From Lobosporangium transversale (Eukaryota): a stretch of 64,000 bases of DNA. Of the stretch, positions 37,817-50,565 are shown piece by piece. The DNA is taken from positions 186,001 to 250,000 of the forward strand of contig NW_019029009.1 in the NCBI RefSeq assembly GCF_002105155.1, read 5' to 3'. Made by a program: the position numbers and the translations under genes. The notes beneath the pieces are model-generated. The model saw only the letters and a list, made by a program, of their open reading frames with translations, ran no database searches and was not told where the DNA came from. Numbering within the stretch: the stretch's first letter is position 1; every line of letters begins with the position of its first letter.

Positions 37817-40800
37817 TTAGCCATTACCTCCGCCTACAGAGATAGGATTGGACTGTGCAACTTTTTCTGCCTGTGCAGTACCTGCCTCCCACAAGGCCCG
37901 CTTCATTGTGTCAACCTCATGGTGAAGACTCTTATACCGCTCTGCCATCGTTCGGAGACTCATATGTTGGCTCTGCTCAGCTTTTGCTGCTGCTGCTTTT
38001 TCTGCACTCACGCCATTGCGGGGCTCACCTGTCCTACGTAATACTTTGCGATCCACAACATCTTCGCCGAACGCATCCTGCACCTTGCGCTTCAACTCTG
38101 CTTCCCGATCTGTCCCAATAGCACGCTCTAGCTCCGCACCGAGTCGATCAAATAGCTCCTTCTTCTTGTCAAGCCGCGCTTTAATCATCATCATCTCTTG
38201 GTATTTTGCTGTGAATTGCCGTGAGACTTCTTCAAACTCTGCCTGGGTCGAAATTGGCGGTACTGTAAAGGCTAATAGGACAAGAAAAAGTTGTAGGGAA
38301 AAAATGTGTCAATTTCTTTTTCTTTTTCTTTTTTGAACAGTAAAAGAACGTACACCAAATCATACACGACAATCATATCGATGGGATCAAAAAAGGAGCA
38401 GAGAGAATCAAGTAAGGCCTTACTCGGACTTTGAGGTTTTGGTGGTACTGTTACTCCAGAGCTGACTTTTGGGATTTTGTAGCCATTACCAATACCTCCT
38501 AATTCTTGGTTACTTGACCTCGCCTTTTTTACTGTCTCTGAGCCTCGTTTTACAGAAGATACAGTATTTCCATTACCGTTAATCGAAGGCCGCCGTCCTG
38601 CAATGATAGGTGACCCTATACCAACCGCGTTAGGTGTCCCTACTAATGCGGGTTTCGTAGTGCTGGAAGGGGTAGACACTCCTTTTGTGCTATGATTTGC
38701 TACGTTTTCCAATATTGCTGCCGCTGCTGATTGACGGCTGGATTTACTAGAACCTTTTGTTGATGTACCCTTTTTTTTGGTCAGAGTTTGTCCTGGTATT
38801 GGTGATTTTTTTGCTGAAGTTTTCTTTTGTGTTGCTGTGGGCGGCTTCAGTAGCGGATTACCACCGGCCATCCTCCCATTATCAAGTCCTTCTGATTCTG
38901 ATCCTCCTCCACCTCCTCCCGCCCACCGTTTCGAGTTGGGAGTTTCCATGTTTCCAACAATGTGATATCCTTCTGCCACTTGAGGTGGACTCGTCCGCCT
39001 CGCCTTTTCTTCTGAAAGGATATCCCGTTCTGGTGCATCTAATCCAAGTCCCAACTTGTCAAACGCAGCGCTGGCGTTCTTTACCACAATTTGCCGCTCC
39101 TTTGCTGAGTAGCTTTTCCAATCGTAAATCTTTACTTCCTTGTACGTTTCCGGTTTCAAAACGTATCGCCCTGAAGAAGATAGATTGGCCACCTTGAGGA
39201 AGCAAATGATAGCAACAATAAATAAAAAAGTTAGTTCATATTAGTCAATAACTTTTTTTTTTTTTTTTTTTTTTTGATTTTTTTTTATAAAATAAAAGTA
39301 ACTCTTAGATCTCCCGCTTACAATTGATAAAATGGACTGTAGGTCGTCATGTCCAACTCTCAGGATCTTGAGTAATTCCTTTTCCTCTGTGCCTTTCGAC
39401 TGCAGGGCTAATAACTGTACGACACGAGTCTTCAATGGCACTATCGTGCCTGCTGTAGCTGTTGTACTTGCGGGTACTGTTGATGCTGATATTGTCGATG
39501 TTGCTGTACCTGCTGTAGCTATTGTTGATGAAGTCAATGGCGATTGTGGACGCCGTACTGGGGCGGCTGTTTTTTTCACTACAATGAAATTATTGCAAGG
39601 TCAGTAGTCTTATTTTCATGGCCATCAATGCATTTTCTTCTTTGAATTTCTTCTGTTGATTTTGATTCACTTTTGAAGGCGATCCGAGATGTACGGGCAA
39701 AGCCGATGACGCATAGCGGGAGAGATATGACACTTACAGTCCTTGGCGTCAATAATTTGAGTACTGTTACATGCGCCGCACATAAAATCACGATATTGGG
39801 TTTCGATTGGCCGATGAATGCGACACAAAGAGAGGGATAGAGAAGCAAGTGATCGACGTTGAGGATGAGAAATGTTTTGGTTGATTCAATTTACCCAGCA
39901 TCCATCAACAAGGAAAAAAAAAAGCGTTTTGATCGATCAGCCAAGCTTCGACAAACAAATTTCGTTGAAGTCAACAGATAGCCACGGGGAACTGATAACA
40001 ACATTAACAGAAACAAACATATTAAAATCCAATGTTGCCATCTTACGTTCTCACGGGCTCATGTTTGGTTGCTTTCTTGTGAACTTTCTTTACATGAGTC
40101 CTTTGGATAGCACATTTTGCAGTCAAATCGCCAACCAGATCCAATTGCTTTGTTCCAAACTTCATCTTGTACACTTCAATGTCTTTGAGAGGCCCCGATT
40201 GTCCCATGTGCGTAAAATCATGCGCAGTTCCTCCCACAAGCAATTTCTAGAGAACAAAAAAAAAAAAATACTCGTAGAAAATTTAATGTTGGCTCTTCTT
40301 CCGTACTTCTTCAATCACGTCAACAAAGGGATAGTTTTCCTTATTGTCTATGAATAGAGCCCTATCCACTCCCTTCCCACACAAATGGATGAGTGATAAT
40401 CATCATAACAATGAATCAGGGCTCGCAAAACTTCCAAGAGAAGAAAGGAGCACGGCAGATATTTAGCCTTTCGTTTCAGCTTGCTTGCCACTCCCTGTGC
40501 CTACATGTACCTGGCTCATTCATACCCTAAATGAGCAACAATTGCTTACACAGCACATCAATGCGATCCCTAAATGGACATTTTCCGGCTCCATCACTTC
40601 ATTTGAATCCTTTTGAAATAAAAGACACTATGATATTGTGAACAGAAGGAGCATAAGAAATAAAAGTAAAAAAAAAAAAAAAAAAACTTACAAATTGGTT
40701 CATGTCAATTTGAATGGATTCATTGCCATTGAGGATCTCTTCTAGAACCTCTTCTGAAAGCTTGAGTTCCATGATCTGCCTCCGTGGTTGGGCGGCGTTT

Positions 40801-40832
40801 ACCACATAGTGATCATTGTGGTTGACCGGCAT
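37817..40832 (-). CDS. ELL-like RNA polymerase II elongation factor, multi-exon
   Basis: LKTRVVQLLAL...YVLKPETYKEVKIYDWKSYSAKERQ resembles the ELL winged helix; C-terminal PISTQAEFEEVSRQFTAKYQEM resembles the occludin/ELL domain. Confidence 0.75.
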
Positions 40833-42013
40833 GGTGGCGGTAGGCAAGTCTTGCCACTATTTTTTCTTTTTTTCTTTCTTTATCCCCTAGAATTCGCTGG
40901 CTATAGTTCTATTTTTTGTCTAGTCTACTTTTTTTTCTTCTTTGATGTCAAGTCGAGAAAGACAAAAGGTGAAGTTATGGATTTTGAGAAAAGAGAATTG
41001 ATGTGTTGGACAAAAGGTAAAAGCTTAAAAAAAAAAAAAAAAAAGACGGGTGCAAGCCGAGACAAGAACTGTCTATGTGAAAGGGTGGGGGGTGTGAAAG
41101 GAGCGAGAGGTGAGGGCAAGGATAAGTTGCGATTGTTGTTGCTTATGAGGTCTTGAGAGTGTAACAATGAAGGGTCGATGGCATGTGTAGACTGTTTTTC
41201 AAATGGCAGCAAGTTAAAAAGTCTGAAGAAATTGATGAAAGGAAAAAAGAGAAAGAAAGGAAAGAGCAGCGTCTGAGTGAGAGAAGAGGTAAAAATAAAA
41301 TAAAACAAGAAGTAAAATTAATTATTAATTTTTCTTAATCAATATGAAGAAATAGAAGGAAATGAATGGGAATGAATGAGAGGAATGGAATGAAAGCGAA
41401 AAAGGGATGTAGAGTAGAAAAAGACAAAGGGCTAAAAAAAAAAAAAAAAGGTCTGAGGGGTGACCATTCCAGGTGACAGATTGGTAAAGATAGAACAAGT
41501 AAACAAGCCATAGACTCAGGGACTGAGGACTAGGGACTGGAACTGGGACTTTAAGTGGACAGTGATAAATGACATTGCCATTGAGACAACCTCCCTCGCT
41601 CACAAGCCAAAGCCATCAAGCAGTGTACAAAATCCTTTTTTTACTTGCTCCCATGTCCCGTAATCTTTTGCTGTGTATTCCACACTATTCCACACACGCA
41701 CTCCGTCTCATTCCGTGGAACATGTACACGTTGTAGACCTGTTCCAAACACCACATGGGAAACCTGTGGAGGAACATGCAAAATAAAATACCCTGACATG
41801 CTCATGGTCGGACAAACAGCTCTCACCGTGCTTTTGTTTTTCTTCTTTCCCTTTTTGCTCACACAGATCGCTTGCAGACATTTTTTTTTTCTTTATACTT
41901 TTTCTGTATTACTTTGTCAGTCATTAGTTACTACAGTACACAATGCTATTTTACATTCATACATTCATCTTCCCCTCTTCTTCCTCTTTTTCTTTTTTTT
42001 TTGTAATGATTTG

Positions 42014-42171
42014 TCAAGAAAGCAACTCGCTCCAGTCTTCTGCATCAGATGAATCAGTCGTCGTCAATGATCCCTCTACCGCTAAGTTGGCTCTAGCCTT
42101 AACAGGATCAAAGTATGAATGCTCCATTGCCTCTGACGCCGTCAGTCGCTCCTAAAAACACATTTCAATTC

Positions 42172-42202
<31 letters not shown>

Positions 42203-42910
42203 AGTGCGATACGCCACAAGATACATACAGTGTTCAATTACTTTGTATCAAATGCTCCATGGCTGATATGATAGTACTGTGTAATATGAGAAGTTCTCTT
42301 ACTTGGTGATCATATCGAAGAAGTTTGTCTAGCAGATCCAGTGCATCCCTCGAAACAAGATGCTGATTCTCTGGCGTGATAAAGGTCTGCCATGGTGATC
42401 GAGGAAGGTACTCATTGAGGGCTTCATGATTTTCCTCCAGCTCCAATGCATATTTGTCCAAGTATTTGAACAGCTCTTCCGATCCTAATACTTCTGCAAT
42501 CTTGACAAGTTGGTCATTGTTATCAGATCCTCGGAAAAACGGCTCTTTTTGAAAGATCTGTCCAGTTATAAAATAATAATAATTGTGAATATGAAGATAC
42601 AGGAATTTTTCAATATTTTGCCAAGAAGGAAAGCAATAAAAAAAACAAAAAAATCCAAAGTGCCTTACCAGCCCTGCAAGCATGGCACCAAGGCTCCACA
42701 TATCGAGTGAATAGTCATAATCCTGCAGATCCACTAACAGCTCAGGTCCTTTCCAGTAGCGAGATGCAACACGAACATTGTATAGAGTCCCTGGATGGTA
42801 AAACTCTGCAAGACCCCAGTCAATCAGTCTAAGCTATTAATCATATAGTAATTTCACAAATGCTTTTTAGACTTTTAAAAAAATGATATCATTTATCAAC
42901 AGCGATCATT

Positions 42911-42941
<31 letters not shown>

Positions 42942-44054
42942 CCTTCCTTACTTTTCTCTTTCGATGATCAATCATGACATTATGGGGTTTGAGGTCTCGG
43001 TGCATGATGCCCATAGAATGACAATATTCTAAAGCCTATAAAAAAGAATAGACATCAGATCAGTGATTAGTCCATATGATTTAGCTTTATAAAGGCCTTA
43101 TGCCATCTAAACATGCCCTGCCTTCCTTATAGATGCATATACAACGCACCTTTAAGAGCTCCATCATATAATATCGCACATCAAAATCCCGAAATTTAGG
43201 GTAGAGTGTCCTGAAATCGTCGTTCTCAATATACTCAAATATCAAAGAAGGTGTTTTAGCCTAGTATCAAAAAACAAATAAAAAATTAATTAATTATGAT
43301 TACCGTAAGCAAGATGTAACACCATTTTAGACTAACTGTGTAACAATATGATTCATCCGTCAATCCCCCGTTCCATCCTCATCTTCTAAAAGAATCCAGT
43401 CCTTATAATTTACCTGTGGATCGCGAACTACGTCAAGTAATCGAATAATATTAGGTCCACTATGGAGATTTTCCAAAATTTTGATCTCACGCTTGATTTT
43501 TTTCTTTTTGATGGGTTTGAGGACTTTGATACAGCGTTTCTCTCCTGTAGTGATGTCGATGCCTTCAAAGACCTCAGAGTACTTGCCTCGACCAACTTTA
43601 CGAATAATCTCGTAATTATCCTGAATCCTAAGAAGCAATGATACATACGTAATGAACAAACTTATTAATTCTCTACACTACAATAAGAATAAGAATAAGA
43701 CGGAGAACGCAAGACAGCTTAAAGATCTTTGCTTATGTGGCTGCCATGAATGGAGCGTTGCTGTTGGTCAGAGAGCCCCTCTTTGCCAAACCACAAATCA
43801 CTGCATCTGAAGAAATAAAGTAAATCTTGTAGTTTGGCAATATCATTCTTAATGTAAGATGGAGGAGCAGCAACCTGTTGCTAGAACTTTCCAAGTTTAG
43901 ATTTGTATCTTTTTCTTTTTTTTTTTCCTTCAACAAAAAAAACCTACCCCCACTGCAACGAGAAACTTTCATAGTCCCAATAGTCCCGCCCTAGCTTCTC
44001 ATTGGCATCAGCATGGACTCGGGCTACGCTATTGGGAAGTTTAACCTTATTCAT
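42014..44054 (-). CDS. cka1: Casein kinase II catalytic subunit alpha, multi-exon
   Basis: [71 protein letters not shown]. Confidence 0.97.
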
Positions 44055-44543
44055 AGTCTATGGAAAGGGTCCAATGGCAATCTAAGCAGCAGCTTTTCTT
44101 TTGTAGAAATTAATAGCCCGAGGGTTTATGTCAAAGGCCGTCAGAACGATTAAAAATTTAATATGGAAAGGATAAACAGGATAAACAGAATGGATAGGAG
44201 ATAAGAAAGGCCAGAAAAGAAGGAAAAAGAAAAAAGAAAGGAAGATAAAGGATATCAAGTAAAAGATTATGAGGGCGATTGGGAGTGAAAGAAAGAGTGA
44301 GAGTGAAAGAAAGAGTGAGAGTGAAGAGAGAGAAAGTAAAGAGTAAGGAGTGTGAAGAACATGGAGTAAGCAGAAATTTTTCTATTTTGTCAAAAATGGC
44401 TCTCAATGAGTACAGTGCAATGGCAGCCCAAGTTACGTCACCGAAGCAAAAAGGAGGCGCGGCTTGAGTTAATTTCGCGTGAGGCGCGTTCGGTAGAATC
44501 ATGCTAGTTCTTTCGCCGATGCCGTAATAACTGGTATCTCATA

Positions 44544-45600
44544 ATGACAGCTTCAGTCCCAATGGGCACAGTGGGCCAGCCATTGGTCGATGTTAGTCGC
44601 TTCTTTCATTTGGTTGATGGTCGACATTGGGCCTCTGTTGAGCTTTTTTTCAAACATCGTGATCCAAACTCTTATTACAGCAGCCTTAACATCATTAGAG
44701 ACAGTACACTCGCTGATGAAAACCTAAAGAAACAGGCTAGAAAGATACTAAAGTGTTCTTTGTATACCAATTTCAACACTACCTTTACTGCTCTTTTAGA
44801 GAAAGATCAACAAAATGCTGTGCGTTCATCTGTGCGAGGTCTTTATTTGGGCGTTACCAATGGTTTAAACACTAAACGGGTACCAGCACAAAAGATATCC
44901 AAAGGTTCATTTGTGGTTTATTGCTTCTACATGCATGAATATTTATATCTTCGCTCACAGGGCTTAGTAACCTAATAATGTTCTCATCCGACGCGTACAT
45001 GCTTTCGCTAGAGCGGGAACTGAAGCGCAAAAGGAACAGCACTGGTGCAATAGTAGCGGAAGCAGAAGTGGGTACGTTTTTTTCTTTCTTTTTCTTTTTT
45101 TCTTACTGTTAGCGTTTAGAATTCGCGAAAGTCCTAAAATATGGATTTGAATTACTATATCGAAAGTAGCAAGAGATTCAAACCAACCCTGAAGTGTCCT
45201 CCAGCAGCTCCAGTTCCGCTTTGCACTTTCTTCCCAAAAGCTCTACAGCAGCACTACCAACTTTAGCTGAAGAGAAGAGTATCGCCAAGTGCAGGAACTC
45301 GACTATCATGGAGCCATGGCGGTCGGTTAACGAGCAGCTCTTAGAAAAGGCATGTTCACTTTAGAGGAAGCATAATAATACACAACATTTGTAGCCAAAG
45401 TCATTTATGGAAAAGTGGCTGCATGTCTGATTATTTAAATTTTATTCTTCTCTAGATCAAAGATGGAAACGCGACGTTGCCCGAGGAGTGGCCGAAAAAC
45501 TTGACCGGCTTCCACGAAATGCTTTACAAATTTATTGAGAGCAAAGTTCAGAGCGACGGGCCCATGCCTAAGCTGCTAGAGAAAGATATATAGTAAGACT
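44544..45600 (+). pseudogene. Truncated/decayed hypothetical gene (accessory family)
   Basis: 143-aa ORF followed by exon-like fragments with GT-AG boundaries and in-frame stops. Confidence 0.35.
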
Positions 45601-45962
45601 ATGGAGATACTCCTTGCCTCTCTGCGTGTATGTTTTTTTTTGAAGATATTTTTATGAGCAATATTTACGATGTCATTAATCTTACTATCCCTTGGACCGT
45701 AGAGTGGGCAAATTTGCCCATTTAGCTTTCATCGACTCATGCGCAGGCCAGTTCCAGTTCCTACGAGAAGAAAACAGCCGGCTATTGGATTGTTGCCACC
45801 CAGCATGCAGAGATGATACTACAGAAATAAGACATATGGAGAAGAGCGAGGTGCAAAGACTTTATAAAGGCTATTCTTTGAGTGACGCCTCCTTTATCTT
45901 TTCTTCTCTTTGCATTCGGCTTACAGTTAAGATTATACACGTCGGGGTACTAGAACTTTAGC

Positions 45963-47596
45963 TAGCTGTGAGAGGTTACATTGAAGTACTATACGATTCT
46001 TTACCACTCACTCATATATGTCAATACACATTTGTTTATTGATAAACGCTAGATGCAGGGACAGACATAAAATAATGCGTGCGTTTGTTTGTTTCTTTTC
46101 TTCTTTTCATTTTTTCTTTTCATTTGCTCCTTTTTCCTTTTCTCTTTTAAGCCGCACGGCATCGGACACTCTGGACAGTGTCTGGGAACGTGCCACAGAA
46201 GTTGCGGTATCCAGCAGAGTCGATCGTCGCAATGTAGTCGCTACTGCATCCATCAGACTTGTAAATATCGCAGGTCACACCTCGTCTGGTGATGGCAGAG
46301 CAGGCGCCAAAATCAGGCCAGTTTTGGCAAGAGTTCATGGCACCGACATTGAGATAGTTCAGAGTGCAGTCTCGGCCACGGTACAGAGCAATCTCGCCAT
46401 CATCTGGAGGAGCACTCGAGTGGCTGCAGTCGGCCTTGACAACGGCAGCGAAGGCAATGAGGCCAAGAGTGAGGAGAGAGAAACGCATGGCTGTTGTTGT
46501 TGTTGTTGTTGTTGTTGTGATGAGCTTGTTGTAGTAGTGGTTGTTGTGGGAGATGATGAGGAGAAAAACACAGAGGGGTCGAAGGGTATTTATATAGAAC
46601 CGACATCAGCTTGGAAGGCATAGATCACTGACAGATAGATAGGGCCTTGACCACCGCGATCCCCACTTCCACATTAGTCAATCGACACGCTGCTTTTTCA
46701 GTAGCAGCTATAATTGGCCAGGGACAGCCTTGAGTATCTCCAGTAATAATGAACACGCCCACGTAGAGCCATGTACAGTGGTCACTGGTTCAGTACCATT
46801 CAATAGTAGTCAACGTCTAGTGTATGTGTAAACAATAGCCATGATTAATGCGTAACAATGCATTCCCGGCTGTGAAATTCTACATATCCAATAAGATCGG
46901 CTGTTCTCTCTCAGGCTTGTCATCCTCTCACTACCCTCTCTCTTAGTATCGGCGGTATTCTCTTGATGTGATGGTGATCGAGCTATTTACCCCTTGATGC
47001 ATCGACTGACGCCGCTTAGATAGGGTGTTTTTGCTGTATTGCATCAAGGCAATTTCCCCCTTTATTATGCTATGTCAGTCTGGCGTTTGTTCATTTGGCT
47101 TTTAGCAGTAATAGACGACACACTGGTTGATAGTCCAATAGGAGAGCCACATTTTTTTACCATTGGTTACAAAGGTAACATGTCAGTAGGAACCTGCATG
47201 AGAGGCCTACATTTGTTTCTTAGCCAGCGTCTTCACTATCGATGGGATGCATTATGCATTGAGTCAATGTCTTTTTATTGTTTTATTTATTCTATACAGC
47301 GATAATGCGATTCGAATTCCGCTTAATGAATCGTTTACATCGCTTTTCTATTACCTTGATGATCTGTTTGTGTGGATTTTGTCTTGTTATTTGTGTTGTA
47401 TCAACAGAAGAATGTGTGTCGATTTTTGTTTATACGGCCTGGTGTGAACAAAATGTTTGCATGCCCTGGTACGAATAATACGTAAAAACGGTTTTGTATT
47501 ACCATTCTTAACTCTACTTATTTTAGAGTTGGTCGTTTTTTATTCTGTAAGCATTGCCCTAAAATACGTATTGTACATGTCAATACGCCCAATACG

Positions 47597-47628
<32 letters not shown>

Positions 47629-47635
47629 CACGCTA
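45963..47635 (-). repeat. Left arm of a large inverted duplication
   Basis: Reverse complement of 50566-52223; all mirrored ORFs are identical (coordinate sum 98186). Confidence 0.95.
46147..46488 (-). CDS. Small secreted cysteine-rich protein, beta/gamma-crystallin-like (copy 1)
   Basis: Signal peptide MRFSLLTLGLIAFAAVVKA, 8 Cys, motifs LYRGRDC, CDIYKSDGC and VQSVRC; TATATAAATA about 100 bp upstream. Confidence 0.85.
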   Translation of the reverse strand: MRFSLLTLGLIAFAAVVKADCSHSSAPPDDGEIALYRGRDCTLNYLNVGAMNSCQNWPDFGACSAITRRGVTCDIYKSDGCSSDYIATIDSAGYRNFCGTFPDTVQSVRCRAA

Positions 47636-48163
47636 AACCTCAAAGTCGACGACTCCTTGATGTGCGTAATAGGGCCGATATTGCATTTCAAAGCTGTTTC
47701 TGTTGAAACTATTCAGAGGTGCGATGGCATATGGGCTGTTCTACATTATAGGGGATCTAATCAAACAAGCTTGCCTTCCTCCTTTCCATCTTCCTCTCTT
47801 TACCCCTTTTACCTCTTCCAGACCTATATTCCTTCCATCCTTACCCTAGGAAGCAGGCGAGGCTGCATCTATTGACCTCACACAAGCTGGTTATGATTTC
47901 ATGCGTTGCAGGAACTTCTTTCATGCACAGTTATGCTGACCACTCCATGCTGCATAAAATATCACGACAATTAATTTCACCAAGACTGTCACTATCACTA
48001 ACAATTATAATGTACTGTTCAGAGGTTCTTTACAATTAGAATATCTTTGATGCTATGGAATAACAATGTCTAATCAATCACTATGCATACGGGCATTGCA
48101 GAAATATGGATGTAGAGGGTATCAGAGTCTTTAAAACCGGCTTGGCTGTATTATATTTTATTG

Positions 48164-48253
48164 TCTGTGCTGTTCGCTCTTTTCGACCATTAGGATTTTG
48201 TTAAGCAAACCATTTATATTTGAAAAGAACCAAAAGAGAGCGAACAGCGCAGA
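48164..48253. repeat. Hairpin element, copy 2
   Basis: TCTGTGCTGTTCGCTCT pairs with AGAGCGAACAGCGCAGA; core ATTTTGTTAAGCAAACCATTTATATTTGAAA matches 31398-31428 at 30/31 positions. Confidence 0.8.
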
Positions 48254-48879
48254 TCTCTGAGAAATGGTATTTACGGTTTTTCAAGGCATATTCTTTTGTT
48301 CAGGGCACTAAGGGCCCCTGCTAAATAGGGGCCTATACCTTCTCCTTTGGGAAAGCGATCCTATATATTGAAAAGAATAGGGAAGTAGGTTAGCAAAAAA
48401 AAACTGTAGCTGCACAATAAAATAAATAAATAAAAATGACCGTGAAGCCTTACACATAATCCCAGCATCCGCTTGGGAGTATTCCAGCCTGTTGTAGACT
48501 TAATACAGTATGATTATAGTCACCACTGTAATTAGAGTTGCAGAATAGTATCGATTTTTTAGGTCTGTTGCTCCTTTATATTCGCTTTGTTGGGCCTGTT
48601 GAAGTTATTGGGGCCACTCAAATATATTATGTTCGTGGTGATATGTTGGGGTGAGTGATGAAAAATTAATTCCTTTGTGTGATTCGAGTGTTGTGGATGC
48701 GGACGGCGAAGGAGCATGTTGAGATGATATGAACGGTGATGAGAAGAAATCAAGGTGAGAATGAAGGGCTTATATACCATTAAGTCCTTGGTAAAGCAGC
48801 ATGATCAATAAAGTCATTAGTGCGATCCACGCGTCCAGAGAGTACTTGCAATCATAGATTGGTTTCAGAGATCCTTTGT

Positions 48880-49975
48880 CGCTTACATGACCTCGGAAGG
48901 TCGGACCGCCATCATGTCTTCAACTGAAACGGATTTGAAGATCGCAAAAGACTGTCAAGAGGTGACATCGCTGCCACAACAGACATCGATCTGCTCGCAT
49001 ACTGGAGCGTTAAGACCATTTGGAGTACAATTTCGAGATCTAACGTCCTTGAATACAAGTTGGATAATATCATTAAGCACCTCTAAGTCTCCAAAGAAGG
49101 ACTTACCGCCTTGGGCGTTACGACCCAAAACGACTACCATAATGAGCCGTCGTTGACATGCAAGGTAAACATAGGTATTATAAAAACACTTGATGAAAAT
49201 GTCACGAGTAAGTACAGTATTACTTTTGGCAATTATAATGATGGATCCACTTAGAGGAAGCGAGAGAAGAGAGTCTTGTGGAGGGCTTTACAGAGCATCC
49301 TTACAAACAAGTTCTAAAAAACTATGTTCCAATTCTTGAGGAAATTTCTGTAGAAGCCTTTCCTGATAGTTTGAAGATTGATCGGGGTTTGCTTCAAAGC
49401 AGAAAATCTCGACCTCCACTACCATCTCAGCTGCTTGAGAATAAAGTATTTGAATTTAATACTACTGTAAGTTTGAACTTTTCCTTGACAAAAGCAGTTA
49501 TCCTAAAATTACATTGTACCATTTTGAGATATTACTGACAAACAAGGTTCATTTAATAATGAATCTACAGGCGCAAGTTAATAATGAACCTGTAGATGAA
49601 TGTTAATAATCCATCCTCCATTTGGAGATGTTGCTCCGTTCGAGATGGACTGCATGCATATCTGGGTTTCCGTATTTGCAGTTTTAAGTGAGAATGTTAC
49701 ACTACACATGCAAATGACAGGCTGGTTGATGGGCATTGCCTCTGTGTTATCTCTGTGCTGTCTCTTGAGAATTAATCTGTCCATTCTTTACATTAATTAC
49801 TCAAGGGAGAGTGAGCACTCAGTGAATCCAAATTAATGCGCCAACTGCAGACATCAGAATACGGCGATGTCAGCGAAGCAGGTCGAAAGGTCGATTGCTT
49901 ATTATGATTCATGACAAAGAGTTATCTAGTATCGAGTTTAAATGCGAAAATATTTCTCCAAGAGAAATAGTAATC
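48880..49975 (+). pseudogene. Decayed PD-(D/E)XK nuclease-like gene inside the palindrome spacer
   Basis: Near 49857-49950: EYGDVSEAGRKVDCL, then after a frameshift MIHDKELSSIEFK (D...ExK motif); upstream fragments carry stops. Confidence 0.55.
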
Positions 49976-50565
49976 CCTGTGCAGATGTATATTAATGAAA
50001 TGGTAAATGACGTTAATGAAATAGGGACAATGGTATAAAACAATAAAGAGCCAATTCAATTTTAAGATTCTGAGATCCTCTTTTCCACATCCTTGTATGC
50101 GTAATATTGTTAAAATCTACACACTAAAGCATTAAAGGAGACCGAATCCTGAACTATTCATTATAATTATTAATAATACTAGCAGTTGTGGTGAATTAGT
50201 AGTTTCTTATACAGCATGTGGCGGTTATCTTTACTATCTACTATAATCAGCAAAGCTGCGTATGGAAGAAGTTCCTGCATCATACGCGGCTGGTAAGCTG
50301 GAGATGTATTGAAATTAGGCGATGAGCTGTTCTACGGTTTAGGAGATCTAACCAAAATGAGCTCGTCCCTTCTTTCTTTTCTAAACGCAATCCTCACATC
50401 CATATCCTAGCAAACGCGGCACGCCGTGCCTATGGCATAGACCCCACACAAGCTGAATATGATTTCACCGCTTTTTGGTGGGTTTTACCAGGAGCAGTGA
50501 TGGACAGTAGCAAGCTGCAAGGTCAGCCCTACTACGCCAATCAAGGGGTCATCGACTTTGAGAAA

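Noticed and set aside
46018..46623. 201-aa ORF (mirror 51563-52168) and other mirrored ORFs in the palindrome arms
   Set aside because: Antisense shadows of the secreted-protein gene, or promoter-region ORFs with no protein-like features.
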